Assembly: GCF_009914755.1 (NCBI RefSeq)
Contig: NC_060942.1
Direction: 5' to 3' (one strand)
Source of the DNA: the human T2T-CHM13v2.0 reference genome, Homo sapiens
DNA length: 64,000 bases
Shown here: in pieces, positions 52,641 through 64,000 of the stretch
Numbering within the stretch: position 1 is the first letter of the stretch
Layout: the number at the start of each line of letters is the position of its first letter
Translations under genes and position numbers: made by a program
The notes under the pieces: model-generated
The model's input: only the letters and a program-made list of their open reading frames with translations
What the model was told of the DNA's origin: nothing
Databases searched by the model: none

Positions 52641-55600
52641 GAAACGCTCTATTGACCAGAGGTGTTGAGAGCAGATATGCTTGTATTTCTTCTGATCTTA
52701 GAAGTGAAGTATCCAGGCTTTCACCATTAAGTAGTATGTTATGCGTTTTTTTGTAGATGTCTTTTATCAAGTTGAGGGCATTTCGTTCTATTCCTAGTGT
52801 ATTTACTTTTTTAAAAAGTCATGAAACAGTATGGAATTTTGTCAAATGTTGCCTCTGTCTATTGTAATAATCATGTGGTTTTGTCTGTTATTCTATTAAT
52901 GGCATTTATTACATTAATTGATTTTGAAATCTTAAACCAACTTTGTATTTCTGGGATAAGTCCTACTGGGTCAGGACTTTTTCTATTCGAATTTTCTATT
53001 TCTTCTTGAAACAGTTTCTGTAATATGTGACTTTCTAACTATTTGTCCATTTCATCTAGATTGTCTAATTTGTTGCATACAGTTTTTTTAAAAATAGGAT
53101 TCCCTTATCATCCTTCCTATTTCTGTAATGTCTGTAGTAATGTCTCATTTTTCATTCCTGATTTTATAATTTGAGTCTTCTTTCTGTTTTCCTTCATTAG
53201 TCTTGCTAAAGTTTTGTCAAATTGTTGATCTTTTCAAAGCTTCAACTGTCAGTTTTGTCTGTTGTTTTTCTGTTCTCTTTATTCTTGATCTAATCTTTAT
53301 TATTTCTTTCAATCTCCTTACTTTGGATATGGTTTGTTCCTCTTTTTCTAATTTGTTAAGGTGTAAGGTTAGGTTATTTTTTTAAGATCTTTGAGTAAGC
53401 GTTCGCAGCTGTAACATTTCCTTTAAGTACCTGCATTCATTGAATCCAATAAGTTTTAATATTTTGGGTTTTCATTTTCAGTTTTTCATAGTTTTAAACA
53501 TTTTCCTTGTTATTTTCTCCTCAATTTTTTGTTGAATTTTTACTTCATCCCATTGTAGTTGGAGAACATACTTTGTGTGATTCAATCATGTGCAATTTAT
53601 TGAGGTTTGTTTTATGCCCTCTATGTGGTCTATCCTGGAGAATGTTTCATGTGTGCTTGATGAGAATGTATGTTTTGTTTTGTGCAGTGCTCTATAGATG
53701 TCTCTTAGATCCAATTTTTAACATTTTCTATTTATATATTGATCTTCTGCCTAGTTTTATTTATTGTTGAAAGTGGGTTATTGAAGTCTCCAACTAGTAT
53801 TGTTGAATTATCTCTGTTTCTCTTCAATTCCATTAATTTTTGGGTCTCTGTTATTAGGTGATTACATTGTAATAATAATTATTATTTTTCTGATGGATTT
53901 ACCTTGTTGTCATTAAAATATCTTTCTTTTTCTCTAACTACTGTTATTATTTTGACTACTATTTTGTCCAGTATTATTAAAACTATTCCAGCAATTTTTT
54001 TAACTGCTTGTATGTTATATATATTTTTTATACTTCAACGTGATATGTCTTTGAATCTAAAGTGTATGTTTTGTAGGCAACAAATAATTAGATTATTAAA
54101 AAAATCAATTTTACCAATCTCTGCCTTCTGATTAAATGTTTATATTTATCTGATTAGCTCTGTTTATATTTAATATATGTACTGATAAAATAGGTTTTAT
54201 GACTGTCATTTTACTGTGTTTCCTACATGTTTTATTTCTATTTCTCTATTTGTTCCCTCTATTGTACAAATAGATATTTTCTAGTGGATATTTTAAATTA
54301 TTATTTTTTGTTTCTCTTCCTATATATTTTCAGTTATTCTCTTAGTAGTTGCCCTGAGATGACAGTATCATAACTTAAATAATTTAGTTTGAATTAACAG
54401 TAACTTAGTTTCAGTGGCATACCAACGCTTTGTTCTAATTTACCACAGTTTTCTCTCCTGTCATTTGTAGTCTTATTGTCATACAAGCTACATCTGTATA
54501 AATAATAATAGCATCAACAGTGTAGTATAATTATGCAGATATCTTTTAAAATACATTAGAGAAGAGTTATATACAAAAGTGCATTTATATCATATTTCAG
54601 AATACCTACATTTTTATCTTTATTGTTGCTTTGTGGGAATTTCTTTGTGTAAATTCAAGTTATTGTCTGGTGTCTTTTCATGTCAGCCTAAAGCCTAAAG
54701 TAGTGTAGGTGTGCTAACAACAAATTATGTGTTTGTATTTATCTCGGATCATGCAGTTTCTTCATTTTTTAAGGAGATTGTTTAGATGTATATAGAATCC
54801 TCGGTTGACAGTCTTGTTAAATTTTATTTTATTTATTGATATATAATAATTATATATATTTTTGGGATAAATGTGATATTTTGATACTTGTATGCCATGT
54901 GTAATGACCAAATCAAGGTAATTGTGTTATCTATCACCTCAGTGACAATCTTTTTATTTTAATACTTTAAAGATGTCATTCTGCTGTCTTCTGGCATACA
55001 TGGTTTCTGATGAGAAGTCAACTACAAATGTTATTGAAGATCCCTTAAATGTGATAAATTGTTTTTCTTTCCTGTTTTCTGTTTTTGACTATGGTGTATT
55101 TATCACTATCAATCACTGTCAATTTGACTATAGTGCATTTAAATGTAGGTCCCTTTGAGTTTATTCTACCAAAATGTATTGAGTGATTTGAATATGTAAA
55201 TTAATATTGTAACATTTAATTTTCAGTTCTTCATAATTTTTGTGTTAGTCACTTTGTATAAAATAATACTACAGAGTGAGGTAAATGATATTTACCTTGT
55301 AAAAGGAGCATATTTTTTCTTAGGTCAGGCCACTGTTGTGTGGAATTAGTCAATCTAAAGTTTTTTACCTGAGTCTGGGCTTTATCTGATTCATTTCACT
55401 ACTTTTTTCAAATATTGAAAGCAAGTATGGAATGAGAACTTTGGTTTCCCAGGCCTGGGACTTAAGTGTTGGCAGTATTTCAGAGATCTACCTTTGATTC
55501 ACAGGCAAGTTGAGAGATCTCTTCTTGCTTTACAACTTTGCTCTCTGTTTTTTGGGTTACTGCATTTCAATCTCACCCTGCTTTCTGAACTACCAGAGAT

Positions 55601-56616
55601 CACTTTTTAGTGCTGCTTTTCTGCCCTCAGATATTTGGAAGGTGGAAACTCTACCCTCTGTGAAGGCTAATGATGCCTTGGTGTGGGCACTCTCAGCTGG
55701 CTTCTCCTCCAGTCTTTGGCATTTGAAAGTGTGGGTGGCTTGGAACATTTTTAACTCTCTTGCCTGGCCCCTTCGTTGAATGAAAATCCCAAGTACCTAT
55801 GGGTGACATCCTTTCTCTGTCTCTCCCACTCCACTTTTGCCATATGACATTGAAGCACTAACTGATGGCTTGTGAGGGAGAGTTGGCAGGTAGTTGGAGA
55901 CATGCTTTGTGTCTGGAACTCCTAAGGATTCTAGCCTTTCATACTACTACACATGCACCAATTAGAAATTCATTGTTTTTCTCCCTATCTCCTCCTCTTC
56001 TGCAGGGATAGGAACAGTCTTTTCTCTCTTCTGAAGGTTCTTCATTTTTTGGAGTTTGAGTCATTTGAGTTATTTTGGTTCCTTAGGTCTCTGATGTGTT
56101 TCTAAAATATCCATGATTTTGTAGCCTATGTGGCTTGTTACATCATTCAGATGCGAGTAACAGTATCTTGTCATTTTCTGCATCCAAACTGGAAGTGAAA
56201 TCATCCCTAGGATTTTAAGATACTATTTACTTTTCCCATTAGAAGTCCTTTGAGATATGAGGTCTTTTTATCCCCATTTCATAGGTAAGGAAACATACCA
56301 TGTTCAAAGTTCAATAATCTTTCCAGTGCTAGGTAGTCAATGAGTTTCAGTTTTCATTTAAAATCAGATTTTTTTACTTTAAATTCATTTATTGATTTTC
56401 TCATTCACTATATCTTTTGGGGCCAAGAGAGAGGAAAGAATGATTCATACTTCAGAACTGAATTGAGAAAACCATCATTTCGTGTTGTATTGTCAGGTAT
56501 TCTATTCCCAGGAAGGTAGATTTTAAAGAAGTCTATCTTAAAATAAATTGGGAAGCATTCCATAAATTCTTCCGTTGAAAATTCTGATTGTGACCCAATT
56601 TTGCTGCTTTTCTCAC

Positions 56617-56811
56617 CAGCTGAATAAGTGAACTTCAGAGCTTATCCAAACCAGGTAGAGAGCAGCTGTTCTGGTGTCCATCACTCTGGTGCGTACACTC
56701 TGAAGTGACTTATTAGCCCATTAGCAGCTGGCTTAGTGGAATTTTGAAAGAACCTGTGCTTCTCAACCCAAATGCCTGAGACCCAGAGAGAGAACACTTG
56801 GCTACTGATAC
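56617..56811 (-). pseudogene. Candidate decayed exon (195 bp, phase 1 to 1)
   Basis: Acceptor aatttattcttcag| at 56811 and donor CTG|gtgaga at 56617; 64 codons with two stops (ISSQVFSLWVSGIWVEKHRFFQNS...APE*WTPEQLLSTWFG*ALKFTYSA). Confidence 0.5.
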
Positions 56812-57280
56812 CTGAAGAATAAATTACTTCAAATTCTGGGGGAAAATTTCTCAAAATAAAAATGAACATAAATGTAAAAATATTCCTAAGGAATACGCAT
56901 GCACCTGAGGTCCCCCAAATTTTATATTTTGAGACTTCTAAGGTGATAATCCTTTGTTTTCTAAAGAATATAATTAACACAAATTGGTTCCCTGTGTCAC
57001 TTTTGAATTTTCAAAGTGTGGTCTGATTTTTTTAGTTTGAGATTAATTTAAAAGAAACAAGCTGATGTGTAGAGTTAAAGGCACCATGTCACCCGAAATC
57101 ATGTTTTAGTGTGTTTCCCCTCACCCCAGCCCTTTTCATATTGCCTTCTTTGTTGCTGCAACTGTGCATCTTGCTTTGGCTTTAAGCATCTCTATACGTT
57201 AACTCAAAAGGAAACATTGTTCTGTCCTGACTGACTCTTAGATAATTCTCCAGTCTGTAAGTTAGGAAGAAAATCTCAAG

Positions 57281-57362
57281 AATAACCACTAAAGAACCTA
57301 CTCATGTAACCAAATACCACCTCTTTCCCAAAATCCTATGGAAATAAAAAATTTTTAAAAAA
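57281..57362 (+). mobile_element. Very short L1 (L1MA/L1PB-type) 3' terminus
   Basis: accactaaagaacctactcatgtaaccaaataccacct...ctatggaaataaaaa. Confidence 0.8.
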
Positions 57363-58031
57363 CAATATGGGAGTGAAGATTATTTTGTTTGTGTAGTCAC
57401 AGTGATACTTTTAAAGTGCAGATAGTGGAGATCTGAATAGACAGTTCCCCTGCTAGCAAATGCTTCAATGGCTCTCCACTGACCTGAGGAATCAACCCTC
57501 CTTTCCATTTGATTTATATGATTCTTCATGGTCTGGCATGGCTTACTCCTTAAGTCAGACTCTAGACTTTATCCTCACTGTGCTTCTCATCCATCATGGT
57601 TTTGCTAACCATACTGGTGATAGCACAATTAGGGATTTGATCTGTTACCCTCTTTAACTTTTCTCCAGCAATTCATAAGAATGACTCCCCTCTTCTTTTG
57701 GAAATGTTCTACTCCATTTGCTTCTATGACAATGGTTTCTTCTTGTGATCTTCCTAAAGTACTTGTCATTCGGTCTCAGTTTCAGTTTTGGACATGTTAA
57801 TTTTGAAATGCATGTGAGAGAGCCAAGCAGGGATCATTAGTATCCAAGGAATTTGGATATATGGGTCTGGAGATCCTCCTGGCTCCTCTTTTGAATTATC
57901 TTCAACTGAGGTCCTAACATCTCAGTCCTGGGTCCTCCTCTTTCCATCTCTCTCTGTTCTCCTTTCATATTTCCTTTTCCTTCTCCCTGCTCTCTTTTAT
58001 TCTCTTTGGCAATGACTTTTAAAATCTATGA

Positions 58032-59109
58032 TATCAGGGGAACCCACCCCCAATATTTCAACATAGGTTCTATTTTCCATAAGTGTTGGCCGGCTGAGAA
58101 AGAGAGAGAGTACAGAGAGAGGAATTTTACAGCTGGGCCTCTGGGGGTGACATCAGCTATCAGTAGGACCGTGATGCCCACCTGAGCCTTAAAGCCAGCA
58201 AGTTTTATTAAGGATTAGAAAAGGGGAGGGGGGTGCAAGAACAGGGAGTAGGTCACAAAGATCACATGCTTCAAAGGGCAAAAAGGAGAATAAGATCACA
58301 TGCTTCTAAGGGCAAAATCAGAAACTTCTGATAAGGGTCCAACAAAGATCACAAGGCAAATGGCAAAAGCAAAGATCACAAGTCAAAGGGCAAAAGCAGA
58401 ATTACTGATAAGGGTCTATGTTCAGTGGTGTACGTATTGTCTTGATAAACATCTTAAACAACAGAAAACAGGGTTTGAGAGCAGAGAACTGGTCTGACCT
58501 CAAATTTACCAGGGCAGGGTTTTTCCCCACCCTAGTAAGCCTGAGGGTACTGCAGGAGACCAGGGCATACTTCTGTCCTTATCTCAACCACATAAGACAG
58601 ACACTCCCAGAGCAGCCATTTATAGACCTCCCCTCCAGGAATGCATTCCTTCCCCAGCGTATTAATTATTAATATTCCTTGCTAGGAATAGAATTTAGCA
58701 ATATCTTCCCTACTTGCACGTCCGTTTATAGGCTCTCTGCAAGAAGAAAAATATGGCACTATTTTGCTCGACCCCGCAGGCAGTCAGACCTTATGGTTGT
58801 CTTCCCTTGTTCCCTGAAAATTGCTGTTATTCTGTTCTTTTTCAAGGTGCACTGATTTCATATTGTTCAAACACACATGTTTTGCAATCAATTTGTACAG
58901 TTAACACAATTATCATAGTGGCACTGAGGTGATGTACATCCTCAGCCTATGAAGATAACAGGATTAAGAGATTAAAGTAAGACAGGCATAAGAAATTATG
59001 AAAGTATTATTTGGGAACTGGTAAATGTCCATGAAATCTTCACAAGTTATGTTTCTCTGCTGCGGCTCCAGCCAGTCCCTCCGTTCGGGATCCCTGACTT
59101 CCTGCAACA
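58032..59109 (-). mobile_element. MER11 (HERV-K11, ERVK class) solo LTR
   Basis: Reverse complement starts TGTTGCAGGAAGTCAGGGATCCCGAACGGAGGGAC; perfect 6-bp TSD ctatga at 58026-58031 and 59110-59115. Confidence 0.95.
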
Positions 59110-59263
59110 CTATGACAATTCTAACACTTAAATCTCTAGCCAGTACTTCTCCATGAGCTACAGACTTTCATACACAAGCTGTTTGGAAGCATGTGTGTTT
59201 CTCAAAGAAAATGTGAGCTCCCTAGGAACAGGACCTTATGTTTCTTGTCCACTATTGTATTTC

Positions 59264-60200
<937 letters not shown>

Positions 60201-60779
60201 TTATTTCTATTACCTAGAAATACCTAGAATATTGAGTGCTTGGGACTCAATATATGCTAAAAAATATTTGAACAAATAGATATTAAATTTTATCAATCTA
60301 TTATGCCTATGAGGTCTTTTCAGAATCCTTTAGGTGAAGGCTATCAATTTTTCATTCCCTAGTAGATGTGTGGTTTGATGTGTGGATGGTGCAGTGCAAA
60401 AATTTACGTACAAGCCAAGCCTTGAGGTCACCAGTGAAAGAGGGCTCATTTTGTGGGTGCTTATAAAGACAAGATAGCAAATATGCGATTAAATTTAATT
60501 CAACTTACTGAATTCTATCAATACAGTACAGTTTTATTTGTTCATTCTTTGTCAATGAATAGATGAAATGTTTCTACTTTTCTGTGATTAATAATTTGGA
60601 TCTTATTCAAATTACTAACAATGTCAAATTAAATAAAAATGTTATGAAGATATAGGGTCATGTGATTAGTAGAAGCATCTGCTTTAGCAGACAAAATGTC
60701 CTGATGACTTGGAAATATTTTCTGAACAACTGAATATGGCTAGAATTAGGATTGGGTTTTTTTTCCTTTATTATCTTTC

Positions 60780-61850
60780 ATAATCTATATTAATTTGAAA
60801 AATAAAAAGTAACCTTTATAACATTTAGTAGTTATAAATAATAATTGTGTAAGGAACATTTATGAGCCCACTTCCAAATACAAAACTACAACATTAAAAC
60901 ATTTTCAGTTCCCTATTAATTCTCTTCCTTCTACCCATCTCTCTGCCTCCCTGCCCTCTACATTACTCCATGCCACAATGGTAATCACTATTCCAAAACT
61001 TACATTTATCATTAATTGTTTCTTTATAGTTTTATCATACATATACATATGTCTAAGTATGCCAATTGGCTTTATTTGTTAGTGAACTCTACATACCCTG
61101 TAGTTTATTGGGACATGCTTTTTTGGCTAAACATTATCATTTCAAGCTGTACCTATGTTGTTTCAGATAGTCATAATTCATTGTTGTGTGAATATACCAC
61201 AGTTTGATTCATCTGTTCTCAGTCAATGGATATTTATGATGTTTCTACTTTTATGCCATTAAGGATTCTGCTTTTATACAAATGTTTAACAAAGTAATAT
61301 TTATTTTTAAATACACAATTTTAATTTACTGTTTTAAAACACATATTCAATGTCACTGTACTTTCTTTAATAAGATTTTGCCCATAAAAAGTTATCAATG
61401 CCTGCACTTTTTAGACCTTTTGTATGTGGCTATCATTCTTTAACTTCCTAAAGCGGCTTATTTTCCCTTACTCCTGGGCCTTTGCAGATACAGTTCTATC
61501 TTGAAGGATTTTTGCCTTACTACTTCTCTCTCTCATTTGCCTGTGTACCTCCTATTCATCCTTCAGGTCTCATCTTAGATGTTACTTTTTCCAGGAATCT
61601 TTCCAGACTGCGCCATATTGTGGCAGGTGGCTCCAACCCCTGCCACACACACCCATTCTACTTTGTATTTTCCTTTTCAAAGTGCTCATTATGCACACGT
61701 GTATCATAGTTTCTGTTTACTTCTTTGTCTTCACCACTGACATGTCAACTGAGAATGGTAAACACTATGCCTCATTTTCTGATACATCCCCAGAATCCAG
61801 GCCAGGACCTGGCATTAAACAGATATTCAAAAAATATTTGTTAAATAAAT
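60780..61850. mobile_element. L1ME 3' fragment (minus, about 60780-61300) and L2 3' end (plus, about 61480-61850)
   Basis: Degenerate consensus motifs (atctgttctcagtcaatggatattt; cagatattcaaaaaatatttgttaaataaat). Confidence 0.6.
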
Positions 61851-61861
61851 ATATGAGAGAA

Positions 61862-63650
61862 AGTGGTAGAGCAAGATGGCAGAACAGAAGGCTCCACCAG
61901 TTGCTCCTGCTGCAAGGACACCAATTTAACAACTATATACAAAAGAAAGCACCTTCGTAAGAACCCCAAATCAAGTGAAAACTCACAGTACCTGGTTTTA
62001 GCTTCATGTAGCTCAAAGAGGCACTGAGGAGGGCCAGAGAGACTCTTGAATCACTGACACCACCCCTCCCCCATTTCCCAGCAGTGACCACCTGGCTCAG
62101 AGGGAGAATTTCTGAGCCTGGGAGAGGGAGAGTACAGCAACTGTGAGACATTGCATTGAACTCAGTGGTGCCCTGTCATAGCAGAAAGCCAAACTGGCTG
62201 AAACCTGCTCACAGAGGGAGTTTTTAAACCAGCCCTAGGCAGAGGGGAATTGCCCATAGCAGTGGTTGGAACTTGAGTTCTGGCAAGCCTCGCCACTGTG
62301 GGCTAAAGAGCCCTGGGGCTCTAAATAAACTGGAAAGGCAGTGTAAACCACAAGGACTGCAACTCTTAGGCAAATCCTAATGCTGAACTGGGTTCAGAGC
62401 CAGCAAACTGGGTGGCAGGGGAGGGATGTGACCTACTGAGACACCAGCTAGGGCAGCAAAGGGAGAGCTTATGCCACCCCTTCCCTAAACCCAGGTGCAC
62501 AGCTCGAGGCTCCAAAAGATAACCTTTCCTTCTGCTTGAGGAAAGGAGAGGAAAGAATAAAGAAGACTTTGTTTTATATCTTGGATATAAAACCAGCTCA
62601 GCCACAGTAGGATAGGGTGCCAGTGAGAGTCATTAGGCCCTATTTCCAGGCTCCAGCTTCTGGATGACAGTTGCTAGATACACGCCGGGCCAGAAGAGAA
62701 CATACAACCTTGAAGGGAAGGATCCAGTCCTGGCAAGACCCATCACCTGCTGACTCAAGAGCCCTTGGCCCCTGAACAACCAGCAGTGGTACCTAGGTAC
62801 TACATCGAGGGTCTTGGGTAAGGTTTTGAGACGTGCTGGCTTCAGGTGACATAAGCACATTTGCATCTATGGTGGCTACAGGGAGAGACTTCTGCTTGAG
62901 AAAGGCAGAGGGAAAGGTAAAGGGGACTTTGTCTTGCACCTTAGGTGCCAGCTCTGCCACAGTGGGAGCACCAAGCAGGCTCTTGGAGTCTCTGATAACA
63001 GGCCTTGGTTCTTGAATGGCTTTTTTAGACCAGAAAGGCTTTCTGGCCAGAAGGGAGCCCATTGCCCTGAAAGCTGACTCCAAGGCCAGGCAGCATTCAC
63101 TACAAACTGAATAAAGAGCCCTTGGGCCTTAAGGGAACATCAGCGGCATCTTGGCAGTACTCCCCGTGGCCTGTGGTAGTGGTGGCCTCAGGGTGAGGCT
63201 CCTCTGCCTTTGGAAAGGGGAGGGAAGAGTGGAAAGTAGTGCATGGTTTGAGTGCCAGCTCAGCCATGGTACAATACACCAGGTAGACTTCTAAGGTTCT
63301 TGACTCCAATCTCTGGCTCCCAGATGGCACCTCTGGACTGGAAGATCTCACCACTCTCAAAAGAAGGACGCAAGCCTTGCTGGCTTTGCCACCTGCTGAT
63401 TGTAGAGCCCCAGGGCCTTGAGTGAACATAGGCAATAGCCAGGTGGTGATTACAGGGGAGGCTTGGGTGAGATCCGATGCTATGCTGGCTTCGGGTCTGA
63501 TCCAGCACAGTCCCAGTGGTAGTGGCCCCGGGGTGCCTGTGTCACCCCTCTCCTAGCTTGGTGGCTCAGAACATAGGAAGAAATTCCGTTTGTTTGGAGG
63601 AAAGTAAGAGAAGAGAACAAGAGTTTCTGCCTGATGATCCAGAACATTAT
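61862..63650 (+). mobile_element. L1 5'UTR (L1M1/L1MA-type) with internal repeated monomers
   Basis: Starts gagcaagatggcagaacagaaggctccacc (YY1-type AAGATGGC L1 start); repeated gaagggaagga..cctggc..ctgctgact..agagccc units. Confidence 0.8.
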
Positions 63651-63664
63651 TTTTTCTTCTGTTC

Positions 63665-63955
63665 TTTTAATTTATTTTTAATTTTTTTAGGTACATAGTA
63701 GTCATACATGTTTATGGGGTACCTGAGATGTTTTGATATATGTACACAATGTATAATAACCGCATCATGCAGAATGGAGTCTCTATGCCCTCAAGCATTT
63801 ATCTGTTGTGTTACAAGCAATCCAATTATACTCTTTTAGTTATTAAAAGTGTATAATTAAGTTATTTACCATAGTCACCCTGTTGTGCTATCAAATTGTA
63901 GGTCTTATTCATTCTTTCTATGTTTTTCTACCCATTAGCCATCCACACCTTCCCT
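63665..63955 (-). mobile_element. L1MA-type 3' end
   Basis: ggtacatagtag...tttatggggtacctgagatgttttgata...atagtcaccctgttgtgctatcaaa. Confidence 0.85.
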
Positions 63956-64000
63956 TTCTAGATGCTGATATTCTCCTTCCTTCTAGTACTCTCCTGGCAC

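Larger units (their letters stand above)
49380..56200 (-). mobile_element. Cluster of old L1M elements (L1ME/L1MB/L1MC-type; 3' ends, ORF2 and 5' remnants)
   Basis: T-rich decayed L1 motifs (atacctaggagtggaattgctgg; gttgaatctgtagatttatttggg; tgaagtctccaact) throughout. Confidence 0.8.

Overview
Primate (hominoid-type) nuclear DNA, AT-rich and mostly interspersed repeats. It contains three long decayed L1PB-type LINE-1s, old L1M/L2/MIR pieces, three young L1PA insertions, eight Alu/FLAM copies, six solo LTRs (two LTR12, MER11, an ERV1-type, a MaLR and an ERVL-type) and a MER20. I find no intact protein-coding gene, RNA gene or prokaryotic feature; most ORF-track entries are repeat-derived or chance frames. 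Main signals: (1) about 12 repeat-free, exon-like blocks on the minus strand (56.8 kb to 8.8 kb) with splice signals and long frames broken by few stops. They look like the remains of a large multi-exon gene, with tentative RGS22/RGSL1-like (degenerate RGS domain) motifs. (2) A young L1 insertion split into three pieces, with a 3' transduction. (3) Near-total minus-strand bias of L1s, Alus and LTRs, suggesting the window lies in an intron of a plus-strand transcription unit. Repeat subfamily names come from recalled consensus sequences, and boundaries of old repeats are approximate.
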